From: Candidatus Binatia bacterium
Lineage (GTDB): Bacteria > Desulfobacterota > Binatia > HRBIN30
Length of the DNA: 64,000 nt
Direction: 5' to 3'
NCBI GenBank assembly: GCA_937925685.1
Contig: CALAMI010000008.1
Coordinates: 142,191-206,190, forward strand
Position 1 is the first letter of the stretch; the number at the start of each line of letters is the position of its first letter. Below, piece by piece: positions 45,266 through 54,106 of this stretch. The position numbers and the translations under genes are program-made. The notes beneath the pieces are model-generated. The model worked only from the letters and a program-made list of their open reading frames with translations, had not been told where the DNA came from and searched no databases.

Positions 45266-47758
45266 ATGAGAGGGCCTCAAGGTCTGCAAAAAGTCTTTGC
45301 CTCGGTTCAAGGGCCTGGCTCGGTATGGCTTGCCGTGTTGATGAGCATGGCCTTGGGCGGGGCTCCTAAGGCTCACGCGCAAACCCGTAACGTGTCGTTG
45401 CAGCCACCTAGCGTCGCACTGCCTGTGTCCTCAACGGTTACCCTGGAGTTGCGCATTGACGACCCAAGCGAGATTGTGGGTTACAATCTGGGCGTGAGTT
45501 ACGATTCGTCTTTGCTCGCTGTAGACACTGATTTAACCTTCAGTACGCCCGGATGCGTTGCTCAGGCAAATCGCCAAGATCCTGGGAAAATCTGTATTGC
45601 GATTGCTTGTGCCAGCCCTTTGCCGACGGCCAATACGACTCTGGCAGAGGTTAGGTTCCGCGGTGTTGCCAACGGAGTCACCTCGGCCGCGTTTGCCAAT
45701 GTCATGTGCGGGCCTAGCAGTGTGCCGGCCTGTCTCCTAGAGCGCGAAAGCGGGGGTTCCTTTGCGTGCAACACTTCTGGCACCACGTTCCAGATAGGCC
45801 CCACGCCCACGCCGACACCGACAGCGACAAACACTCCGACGCTGACTGCGACGGTCACCCTTACTGCGACCTTCAGCCGAACTCCGACCAGTTCACCCAG
45901 CTCGACAAACACTCCCTCGGCAACTCGAAGCCCCACTCCAACGTTTTCGGCCACAGTGACGCGCACCTCAACGCCCACGATGACTGCAAGCCCAACGCCT
46001 TCTTGGTCGCCCACCTTCTCCCCGACGCGAAGCTTTACGCGCACCCCCACAGCAACGGCTTCGCCGACGCACACGAGGACAGCGACGGATACGGCAACCC
46101 GTTCGCCGACGCCAACCCCGTCAGCGACGCACACAGCATCGATGACGATGACCCGAACCCCTACTCGAACTGCGACCCTAACCCCTACGGTCAGCGCTAC
46201 GCTGACGCTTACAACCACCGCAACCAGCACGAACACGCCGACCGCGTCCCGCACGTCGACGCCGAGTCCGTCGGCGACTGCGACCTGGAGTGCGACTCCT
46301 ACGGTAAGTCAGACAGCTACACGCACTTTGTCGCCAACGTTGACATCGAGTCCTACTTGGTCGGTGACCGGAACCCCAACCACGACACCAACCGCGACGC
46401 CGAGCTGGACGCTAACTTCGACTTTCACGGTGACGCCAACTCGCACTCCGAGCGCAACGCCGTCAAACTCGGCCACCGCGTCGCTTACGAGAACAGCGAC
46501 TTGGTCGGCCACCGCGAGCCCATCCTTTACCCCATCTGTGACGAGAAGTCCGACTCGCACTGTCACGGCTACCTTGCCTGCCACACCGACCCCGACGGGG
46601 ACCGGAACACCAACGGCCACCAATTCTCCGAGCGCAACGCGGACTGCAACACCGTCGCGAAGCCCGACAAATTCGCCTACGCTCACTGCCTCGAGCACGG
46701 GCACGGCGACGGCGACCCCCTCGAACACCGCCAGCCTCACCCCTACACGAGCGAGCTCACCGACACGAACTGCTTCCTTTTCCGCCACAGCCAGCCGAAC
46801 GCCAACTCCGACACCGACTCCGTCCGTTACAGCGATGCCATCAGCGTCGCGCACCGTAACAGCGTCTGCCACTCCTTCGCCGAGTGCGTCGCCAACCGCG
46901 TCGGCAACGATGTCGGTTGCCGTTACTTTCTCTCCCACCAAAACGCTTAGCCCGACGCCCACAGGCACCCCGTTAGCAGCCACGCCCACGCAGACAGCGA
47001 CCCGTCAACCTACGGCGACGCGGACCGAATCCCGCACGCCCACAGACACCGTGACGCCAACGGTTTCACCAACTTACACCAATGTCCCTACCGCCACCGC
47101 GTCTTGGACGTTTACCCCCCTGCCAACGGCCACGTATACAACCAGTGGGACACAAACTCCGACCGAAACCGCAACGACCACGGCTACAGCCTCTGAAACT
47201 CCGAGCGTGTCCCCATCGCCAACGCTCACGCGAACCTTAGAGCCAACGGCAACGGACACCCCCACTGCCACCAGCAGTCCGAGCCCAAGTATTACCCCGA
47301 CAGTAACTTACTCACCGACCTCGGCCTTTGAGGAGTCACCCACGGCGACGGCCACCGCGCAGATACCCCCGACGCAGGAGCCTTCCGCGACGCCGCCGCC
47401 GACGGAGACCATCGAGATTCCAAGTCCGTCCCTGACGGCAGAGCCAACGGTTACGCCGACAGCGACGCCACAGTCCTCGCCAACTGCGAGTGCCACGGTT
47501 ACTGAGTCGCCTCCTTTACCCACTCCGACTGTGCAACTGGGCACTTGTCCGGGCGACTGTGATGGCGATGGTCAGGTTGCGGTATATGAGATCGTGCGCA
47601 TGGTGAACATTTTACTCGAAGCATTTTCTGTGGAAGTGTGCGCAGCAGGAGACTTGTGTGGCGATGGTCGGATTACTGTCGACGAAATCGTGCTTGCGGT
47701 TCGCGCCTTGCTGCTGGGATGTCCTTTGCCGGTTTCACCCGACCGTTGCTCGCTCTAA
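45266..47758 (+). CDS. scaffoldin-like secreted protein: N-terminal cohesin-like domain, ~575 aa Thr/Pro/Ser/Ala linker, C-terminal dockerin-like domain
   Basis: Signal peptide; cohesin-like pattern TVTLELRIDDPSEIVGYNLGVSYDSSLLAV...TTLAEVRFRGVANGVTSAAFANV; C-terminal CPGDCDGDGQVAVYEIVRMVNILL...GDLCGDGRITVDEIVLAVRALLLGC (two Ca-binding loop/helix repeats). Confidence 0.75.
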   Translation: MRGPQGLQKVFASVQGPGSVWLAVLMSMALGGAPKAHAQTRNVSLQPPSVALPVSSTVTLELRIDDPSEIVGYNLGVSYDSSLLAVDTDLTFSTPGCVAQANRQDPGKICIAIACASPLPTANTTLAEVRFRGVANGVTSAAFANVMCGPSSVPACLLERESGGSFACNTSGTTFQIGPTPTPTPTATNTPTLTATVTLTATFSRTPTSSPSSTNTPSATRSPTPTFSATVTRTSTPTMTASPTPSWSPTFSPTRSFTRTPTATASPTHTRTATDTATRSPTPTPSATHTASMTMTRTPTRTATLTPTVSATLTLTTTATSTNTPTASRTSTPSPSATATWSATPTVSQTATRTLSPTLTSSPTWSVTGTPTTTPTATPSWTLTSTFTVTPTRTPSATPSNSATASLTRTATWSATASPSFTPSVTRSPTRTVTATLPATPTPTGTGTPTATNSPSATRTATPSRSPTNSPTLTASSTGTATATPSNTASLTPTRASSPTRTASFSATASRTPTPTPTPSVTAMPSASRTVTASATPSPSASPTASATMSVAVTFSPTKTLSPTPTGTPLAATPTQTATRQPTATRTESRTPTDTVTPTVSPTYTNVPTATASWTFTPLPTATYTTSGTQTPTETATTTATASETPSVSPSPTLTRTLEPTATDTPTATSSPSPSITPTVTYSPTSAFEESPTATATAQIPPTQEPSATPPPTETIEIPSPSLTAEPTVTPTATPQSSPTASATVTESPPLPTPTVQLGTCPGDCDGDGQVAVYEIVRMVNILLEAFSVEVCAAGDLCGDGRITVDEIVLAVRALLLGCPLPVSPDRCSL
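45800..47530 (+). repeat. very long low-complexity T/P/S/A linker-coding region
   Basis: TPTxTAT / SPTPT runs throughout; the opposite strand and other frames give long V/G/D-rich pseudo-ORFs. Confidence 0.5.
47531..47755 (+). other. dockerin-like C-terminal module
   Basis: DCDGDGQVAVYEIVRMVNILL and DLCGDGRITVDEIVLAVRALL repeats. Confidence 0.6.
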
Positions 47759-47788
47759 GGCTCGCGCGCGGGCTTTGCACAGCCGCAC

Positions 47789-49012
47789 TCAGACGTAGCG
47801 TATCAAGGAGCGGGACAAACGGACGACCAACTCCTCCGGACTCCGAGCGATCACCACCAGCGTGCACAACGGTGCGTAGTGCAGGAACGCACTGTCGGCC
47901 GTGCCCCATCGTGTGGGGTCTTCAGGCTGCACCCAGAGTACAGCCCGACTTCGATGGCGAAGTTGGGTGAGGATTTCGGCGCGTGGCGGGCGGTAATTGT
48001 TCCGCCCATCGCCGAGGATCAAGAGCACCGTGTCGCGATCGATGCTCCGCAGTAGCTCCGGTGGCAGAGTGGCCAACACGTTCCCGAAGTCCGAGCGCGC
48101 GTAGACATCCAACGGGGCCAAGGGTTGAACGTGGTCTCGCTCTACTTCGAGTTCTACCGGGCGGTCGACAAAGGCAAAGAACTGGGTGCGGTGGAAGAAG
48201 GGCTTTGCGGCTGCAAGGAGTTGGAGGAAGAATTGACTCGCAGTCGCCACCGAATGCGACAGGTCGCACAGGGCCACGAGGCGCGGCCGGCGGGGCCGTT
48301 GGCGGTGGAACACGGGTTCGACGAAAAGCCCGCCGGTGCTCACGGCTTTTCGGAACGTGGCCCTGAAGTGCAACGCTCCGCGCCTTGCCCGCTTTCGCCG
48401 TCGCGCCAAGCGTCCGTGGAACGTTGTAGCTAGCTTTTGCATGGCCGGACGCAAACGTTCCACATCTGCAGGATCGAACTCCGTCCACGGGCGCTGGAAG
48501 AACGGTTTGTGGTTCCCACACGGCCCGAACTCAGGTACGCTTTGACCGGTCGTGCGGTTCAGAGACGCTGGGTAAAGCGTTTGCGATTCCCCATGGGCGT
48601 CGTATCTGCGGAGGAGTTCGCGGACGTGGCGTTGCCAACCGCTCCGAGCGGGGTGTTGGAGCGGCGAGGTGTGACTCTCGGGTTCGGGTGAAATCCGCTT
48701 TGGCTGACCGCCGTCGCCCGTAGAAGGACCGCCCTTGCGGTGCCGCTTTTGGCGCAGTCGGCGTTGCTGCGGAGCGAGGGGGAAGAACTGGTCAAAAAGG
48801 GCGTCGAACGTTGATCGATCGTCGGCGGTCTTCACCATGCAAGCTGCCAGTGTTTCTCGCAGCACAAAACGCTCTACCCCCATAACTGGGATGGCGTTGA
48901 AGGCATCCAGCACTTCCGCAGGGCTCAGGTCGATTCCGTGCGAGCGTAGGGCGCGCACGAAACTAAACAGGCGTTGGATCATGGAAGGGCTCCACGGGGA
49001 TTCAGCGACCAC
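47789..49012 (-). CDS. VWA domain-containing CoxE-like protein (MoxR partner)
   Basis: N-terminus MIQRLFSFVRALRSHGIDLSPAEVLDAFNAI typical of CoxE/VWA-MoxR partners. DLSHSVATASQFF (MIDAS-like DxSxS). Its start overlaps the MoxR stop by 11 nt. Confidence 0.8.
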   Translation of the reverse strand: MVAESPWSPSMIQRLFSFVRALRSHGIDLSPAEVLDAFNAIPVMGVERFVLRETLAACMVKTADDRSTFDALFDQFFPLAPQQRRLRQKRHRKGGPSTGDGGQPKRISPEPESHTSPLQHPARSGWQRHVRELLRRYDAHGESQTLYPASLNRTTGQSVPEFGPCGNHKPFFQRPWTEFDPADVERLRPAMQKLATTFHGRLARRRKRARRGALHFRATFRKAVSTGGLFVEPVFHRQRPRRPRLVALCDLSHSVATASQFFLQLLAAAKPFFHRTQFFAFVDRPVELEVERDHVQPLAPLDVYARSDFGNVLATLPPELLRSIDRDTVLLILGDGRNNYRPPRAEILTQLRHRSRAVLWVQPEDPTRWGTADSAFLHYAPLCTLVVIARSPEELVVRLSRSLIRYV

Positions 49013-49877
49013 TTGCGCTGAGGAGGGAAGCCCATCGCTGTCGCACCAGAGAAAGGTCTTCCTCGTGTTTGGCCAAGGCGGTGACTGTCTCCTTCGCCCG
49101 CGGATCGCCGAGTTCCGTTACCCCGAGCGCCATGAGCGCTTCGGCCCAGGCAATGGTTTCGGCAACGCTTGGTTGTTTGCGGAATGGCAACCGCCGGGCA
49201 GCTTGGACGAAGCGAACAATGTGCGCCCCCAGCTTGGCCTCGAGGTGTGGGACTTTGAGCCGCACAATGGACTCCTCTCGTTCCCGTGATGGAAAGTCGA
49301 GGAAGAAATAGAGGCAGCGACGGCGCAATGCGTCGGAAAGTTCTCGGCTGCGATTTGACGTAAGAATCACAGTCGGACGGTGTTGCGCGCGAATGGTCCC
49401 CAGTTCAGGAATCGATACTTGAAACTCTGCCAGAAATTCGAGCAAGAACGCTTCGAATTCTTCTTCGGCTTTGTCGATTTCATCGATCAACAACACCGTT
49501 GGCTGCGAGCTACGGAGCGCCTTGAGCAAAGGCCGGTCCAGAAGGTACTCCGGGGAGAAAATTTCATGCTGGGTTTCCTGCCAGCTAGCATTTCGTCCCT
49601 GATCAGCTTGCAAGCGCAGCAGCTGCTTGTGGTAGTTCCATTCGTACAAGGCCTTCGACTCGTCGAGCCCTTCGTAACATTGCAACCGAAGGAAGGGCCG
49701 CCCCAGGGCTAGACTTAAAGCCCGCGCGATTTCCGTTTTACCTGCGCCAGCCGGCCCTTCCACGAGCAAGGGCCGCCCGAGCACAAGAGCAAGGCGCAAA
49801 ACCGTGGCTAGGCTCGCTGAAGCTAGGTAGCCAGCCGCGGCCAATCGAGACTCTAACTCGGGGTACGCCGCGTCCAT
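49002..49877 (-). CDS. MoxR-family AAA+ ATPase (CoxD-like)
   Basis: Walker A GPAGAGKT; Walker B VLLIDEIDKA; ~290 aa. Confidence 0.9.
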   Translation of the reverse strand: MDAAYPELESRLAAAGYLASASLATVLRLALVLGRPLLVEGPAGAGKTEIARALSLALGRPFLRLQCYEGLDESKALYEWNYHKQLLRLQADQGRNASWQETQHEIFSPEYLLDRPLLKALRSSQPTVLLIDEIDKAEEEFEAFLLEFLAEFQVSIPELGTIRAQHRPTVILTSNRSRELSDALRRRCLYFFLDFPSREREESIVRLKVPHLEAKLGAHIVRFVQAARRLPFRKQPSVAETIAWAEALMALGVTELGDPRAKETVTALAKHEEDLSLVRQRWASLLSASGR

Positions 49878-49914
49878 TGCTAGGGCTCAAGTGGAGCAGC
49901 ATCCCAGCAGATGT

Positions 49915-50910
49915 TCAAGCGGTGGCTTGACGAGGGCGCTCGTGCGCAAATGCTTGGACGGCGAGCTGTAAACCGGCTGCGCAAAGGATGCGCCTAAGGT
50001 GTTGAATGCTGATGTTTTTCACCACAGCCCGCTGCACAAGCGCCGCACGTAGGCTGCGAAGCGACCAATGATCCCGAGGCACTCCCCAGTCCGCGGGCGG
50101 GCTGCTGGCCACAGCCAGGATCTTGCGTCGAATCTCGGGAGTGAACCTCGTGGGTCGCGGGGGTTTTCGTGGTGCCTGGATTCCTAAAACGCCGTGAACG
50201 CGAAAGCGCCGTAACCAGTAGCGCACTGACGAGGGAGCGACAGCCACCGCCGCTGCGATCTCAGCTTCTTGAAGGCCGTTTGCTCGTGCCAAAACGATGT
50301 GAGCCCTTCGCCCGACCTCTGGCTTTGCACTGGCGATAATTTGTTCCAAAATGGCACGTTGCTCGGAGGAAAGCACCAAAGGTTGCGTTCTCTTCCGCTG
50401 CCACAGCTCGCAAGGCAGGGGAACGCCGCGCAAAAGTTGCCGTAAGCCCTCCACGCTGAGGTGCTTGACCAGGCCACGCCCCAGCACGTGCCTTTGCAGC
50501 CTGCGCAGCGACCAGCTGTCAAATGGCTCCCCAACGGTTTTCGGCGAACTGACGGCAATTCTGATAATGGCATCGCGAACGTTACTCTCCACTCGGGCGC
50601 ACCGCGGGCGAGCCCCGCAGTCACGCGTGAGTCCGGGAATACGTTTCCCAGCAAACCTTTGAATCCAGCGGCGCACGGTGGAACGATGGACCTGGAAGCG
50701 GCGGGCAATCTCGTGGACAGTTTCCCCCCGAGTCCACAGCAACACCACTTGAGCCCGCCGCGCGATGCTGGGCGGCTCTTCCTCCGCAAGCCACGTTAGC
50801 TCCGCCCACTCCTGCGGTGTAGGCTCGACCGGCTCGAAAGGCGAGCCTGAACTTGGCTTGGCATTCGCTCTTTTTAGTTGGACCATGGAGCCGCGCGCAG
50901 CGCTCGACAC
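49915..50910 (-). CDS. IS630/Tc1-family transposase-like HTH protein: two tandem copies of the N-terminal HTH module, no DDE domain
   Basis: IARRAQVVLLWTRGETVHEIARRFQVHRSTVRRWIQRF...WSLRRLQ, then RRAHIVLARANGLQEAEIAAAVAVAPSSVRYWLRRF...WSLRSLR. No catalytic DDE region follows. Confidence 0.65.
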   Translation of the reverse strand: MSSAARGSMVQLKRANAKPSSGSPFEPVEPTPQEWAELTWLAEEEPPSIARRAQVVLLWTRGETVHEIARRFQVHRSTVRRWIQRFAGKRIPGLTRDCGARPRCARVESNVRDAIIRIAVSSPKTVGEPFDSWSLRRLQRHVLGRGLVKHLSVEGLRQLLRGVPLPCELWQRKRTQPLVLSSEQRAILEQIIASAKPEVGRRAHIVLARANGLQEAEIAAAVAVAPSSVRYWLRRFRVHGVLGIQAPRKPPRPTRFTPEIRRKILAVASSPPADWGVPRDHWSLRSLRAALVQRAVVKNISIQHLRRILCAAGLQLAVQAFAHERPRQATA

Positions 50911-50957
50911 CTCTTATAATGGCTTCCTGGCTCGGCTGCAAGCAAAACGCAGTTCTG

Positions 50958-51116
50958 TCTAGGCTTCGTCCCAGAATTCTTTTGCCCGATCGATAGAACT
51001 CCCATGCGATCCTTCGCTGGCGCCTTCGAGCGGAATTGTCCGCGCCCTCTCCGGCTCCAGTGTACTGAGTTTTGCCTTGGTTTTGCGTAGCGCTTTGGCC
51101 ACTTGGAGTTGATTCA
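50958..51116 (-). CDS. possible small ORF (52 aa) upstream of the HTH gene, with strong RBS
   Basis: MNQLQVAKALRKTKAKLSTLEPERARTIPLEGASEGSHGSSIDRAKEFWDEA. GGAGGG lies 5 nt upstream of the ATG. It is too short to validate. Confidence 0.25.
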
Positions 51117-51267
51117 TGGCGCCCTCCATACCGAGCAGCTTGCCTGCAAAGGGTTTGCCAGCGAGGCAAGGACTGATGGATTAGCCCACCCAAGCCGGGC
51201 GGTTTCCAAAAATGACCTTACCGTGTATCAGAATTGAAACGGGTGGAGGGCTAGTGTTGTGAGTTTG

Positions 51268-51921
51268 TCACCTAGTGGGGTGATGCGGGGATTGCTCAAG
51301 CAATCGATCGACAATTTCCACGGTGCGGTTTGCCGCGCGCTCTGCTGCTTCGCTTTGCCTCACTGCGTCTTCGGCGGCCGCGGCAGCGCGATCGGCAGCG
51401 GCTTCCACCCGGGCGACGAGGTCCTCTAAGGATGGTCTTTGTGGCTGGGTTGTTGTCTCCGCCCGCCGTTCGGTTGACACGCTAGGGGCGGCTACGGTTT
51501 CGGGCGGGTTTAGCGCCAGTTCGATTTCCAGCCGTTTACTCGCGGGGATGCCACCAGAAAACTTGACCAGCCCGAGGTTCGGGTACGACTCTGGCAGCGT
51601 AAGAGCCCGGCCAAAGTCCACCTCCATATTGCGCCGCAGGTAGTAGAGTCGCACCTCGTACGAGTCCCACGGCCACTCCGGGCGAATTTCTTGCACCTCG
51701 GCGTAATCGGGGTAGCCGTACTGGTCGAGGAAAAGACGTAGCTCCTCCATGCGGGCAGCTTCCCGCTCGAGGGTGGCCCGAGAAATGGGAGAAGGCTCGC
51801 CAATTTCTGTGATGTATGGCCGCCGTGCCGGTGTCTCGCGTCGAACGTCGGCAGCGGTTTCCAGGGCAACTGAGATGAGCGTTAGGCACGCGGTCGCAAT
51901 TATGAACCGTTGATACCTCAT
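51268..51921 (-). CDS. secreted hypothetical protein with Ala/Glu-rich C-terminal helix
   Basis: Signal peptide MRYQRFIIATACLTLISVALETAA; non-repetitive composition; clean intergenic flanks. Confidence 0.6.
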   Translation of the reverse strand: MRYQRFIIATACLTLISVALETAADVRRETPARRPYITEIGEPSPISRATLEREAARMEELRLFLDQYGYPDYAEVQEIRPEWPWDSYEVRLYYLRRNMEVDFGRALTLPESYPNLGLVKFSGGIPASKRLEIELALNPPETVAAPSVSTERRAETTTQPQRPSLEDLVARVEAAADRAAAAAEDAVRQSEAAERAANRTVEIVDRLLEQSPHHPTR

Positions 51922-52104
51922 GAAGCCAACCTCCTGACTCGCGCAGCCTACGGGAGGTGGGAAAGACGTGCAAGCAGAAATTCAAGTCTTTTGCTTTTTG
52001 GGGGAAGAGCTGATTTATTGTTGGGAAACAGCTTGGCATGACTACGGCTGTCGAATACGCTCGGCGGGTCCATTGAGTGTCTTGGAGTGCGGAGTGGCAA
52101 AACT

Positions 52105-53124
52105 ATGGCAATCGTTCGCGGCGAGGAACTGACGTACACGAAGTTGCAGTCGATGGACTTCAGTCGCACTCTGTGCATGCAGTCCGTGAGCGCCTTGGAA
52201 GTCCATGGGCCTCATTTACCCGTGGGCATGGATCTGTTCATGGCGCGCTGGATGGCCGAGGAAACGGGCCGGCGCTTTGCCGAAGCGCACCCGGATTGGA
52301 CAGTGGTAATTCAGCCTCACTTGCCCGTGGGTACGGACGAGCTGCCGCTTCCGGGATCGGTGCGGGTTGGACCGTACACCTTTTACCGCCTGCTCTGGGA
52401 TCACGCACGGTCGCTGGTGGAAGCGGGGTATCGTTATATCGTTTTGACCAATGGTCACGGTGGTCCGCGGCACGCGGCGACCATCGAGCATGTCTGCCGG
52501 CGGATGAGTCGCCGCTATGGGGTATCGATGTTTTCCCCGTCGATTGTTGCCTTGCACCGCATCATCACTGGACAGAGGTTCACTGAATTGGAAGCGATTC
52601 TCGGCCGTTCGCTTTTGGCAGAAGAGCGAGAGGGTTTGCTTGCGGGGGAACATGCCGGAGGTTGGGAGACTGCTTTTCAGCTAGCTGCGGATGCGGCTAC
52701 AGTGGAACCCACGTGGAAGAGTTTGCAACGTGATGAGCCGCCCAAGTGGGGACCTTTGGTACGCCTTGGCGAGCGGTGGGCCGCCCTGCGCGAGCGCAAA
52801 GGTAAGCCGGCGAAGAGAGTTCGTGAGCTAATCGATGGGCTGTCGGGGGCGATCGGGTGGCTTTTGAATGCCCGCTATGCGTATGGGGGCCCGCCGGTGA
52901 CCTACAAGGGTACGCCAGCAGTGGCTTCCGTCGAACTGGGCCGGGCATTTCGTGAGCTCATGGCGCGCGATTGCTTGGAGATCATCGAGCAGGTGATACG
53001 AGGTGTCGTTGCAGCGGAGTCGATCCGCAGCATTGCTTCGGATCATCCGCTGATTCAGCCGCTGTTCTGGCGACGCATCGCGTGGGGTGCGGTTGCGGCC
53101 GCACTTCTGCTGGTGTTCTTGTGA
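52105..53124 (+). CDS. creatininase-family amidohydrolase (MftE-like)
   Basis: ALEVHGPHLPVGMD and IVLTNGHGGPRH motifs; ATG 52105 preferred over upstream GTG 52087. Confidence 0.8.
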   Translation: MAIVRGEELTYTKLQSMDFSRTLCMQSVSALEVHGPHLPVGMDLFMARWMAEETGRRFAEAHPDWTVVIQPHLPVGTDELPLPGSVRVGPYTFYRLLWDHARSLVEAGYRYIVLTNGHGGPRHAATIEHVCRRMSRRYGVSMFSPSIVALHRIITGQRFTELEAILGRSLLAEEREGLLAGEHAGGWETAFQLAADAATVEPTWKSLQRDEPPKWGPLVRLGERWAALRERKGKPAKRVRELIDGLSGAIGWLLNARYAYGGPPVTYKGTPAVASVELGRAFRELMARDCLEIIEQVIRGVVAAESIRSIASDHPLIQPLFWRRIAWGAVAAALLLVFL

Positions 53125-53150
53125 TGCGTGCATAGTCTGGAGGAGAGGGC

Positions 53151-54089
53151 ATGTTGTTCGGTCTACACACCGGGCCGCAAAACTGTTCGTACAACGAGCT
53201 CGTGGATCTGTGGCACGATGCCGACAATGCAGGTTTCCACTGGATTTCTGTGTGGGACCACTTTTACCCGGCGATGCTAACGCCAGAAGATGCCGAGGGC
53301 AGTTGTTTCGAGGCTGTTTCAATTCTGACGGCGTTGGCCAAAGAAACGCGACGTGTACGCGTTGGTTGCTTGGTTTTTTGCATGGGGTATCGACATCCCG
53401 CGGTTTTGGCCAATGCTCTTGCCACCATCGACCACGTCAGCGGCGGTCGCGTAGAGGCTGGGCTGGGCGCGGGGTGGAGCCAAATCGAGTTCGATGCTTA
53501 CGGAATTCCCTTCTTGCCCATCCGTGACCGGCTGGATCAATTGGAAGAGGGAATCCAGATCATCCGCTCTTTACTGACACAGCCGGTTTCGAATTTCGAA
53601 GGGCGGTACTATCGCCTACAAGATGCGCGGTGCGAACCGAAACCCTTGCAGGGTCGCCTCCGACTGTGGATAGGTGGAATGGGAGAGCGGCGACTCCTGC
53701 GGATTGCCGCGCAATACGCTGACGGTTGGAACGTTCCCTTTCTTAGCCCGGAGCTGTTTGGTCAAAAGAATGCTGTCCTGACGCAGTGGTGCGAGAAAAT
53801 CGGGCGCGATCCGGCTTCTATCACGCGTACGGTCAACGTCGGCTTGGCCATTGCGCGCAACGAGGCGGAACTTGCAAAAAAACGCGAAGGCTTGCGCCAG
53901 CAATTTGGCGCTGCTTTGGCAGTGCTCGAGCCTGGGATGCTGGTTGGCGCGGTTCCGCAAGTGGTGGATCGCATCGGTGCCTATGAACGTGCTGGGGCGG
54001 ATTGGGTGATCGTGGCATTGCGCGCGCCGTTCGACCGTGAAGGTTTGCAACTTTTTACCGAAGAAGTCTTGCCTGCGTTTGGCCGCTGA
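53151..54089 (+). CDS. LLM-class (luciferase-like) F420-dependent oxidoreductase
   Basis: MLFGLHTGPQNCSYNELVDLWHDADNAGFHWISVWDHF...; ~310 aa, typical of the TIGR03560-like LLM subfamily. Confidence 0.85.
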   Translation: MLFGLHTGPQNCSYNELVDLWHDADNAGFHWISVWDHFYPAMLTPEDAEGSCFEAVSILTALAKETRRVRVGCLVFCMGYRHPAVLANALATIDHVSGGRVEAGLGAGWSQIEFDAYGIPFLPIRDRLDQLEEGIQIIRSLLTQPVSNFEGRYYRLQDARCEPKPLQGRLRLWIGGMGERRLLRIAAQYADGWNVPFLSPELFGQKNAVLTQWCEKIGRDPASITRTVNVGLAIARNEAELAKKREGLRQQFGAALAVLEPGMLVGAVPQVVDRIGAYERAGADWVIVALRAPFDREGLQLFTEEVLPAFGR

Positions 54090-54106
54090 GTGGTTCGAGC
54101 GTGCCC

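Noticed and set aside
47758-47778. GC-rich imperfect hairpin GGCTCGCGCGCGGGCTTT between convergent genes as a terminator
   Set aside because: The stem needs a G-U pair and a 2-4 nt loop, and only three T follow; too weak to call.
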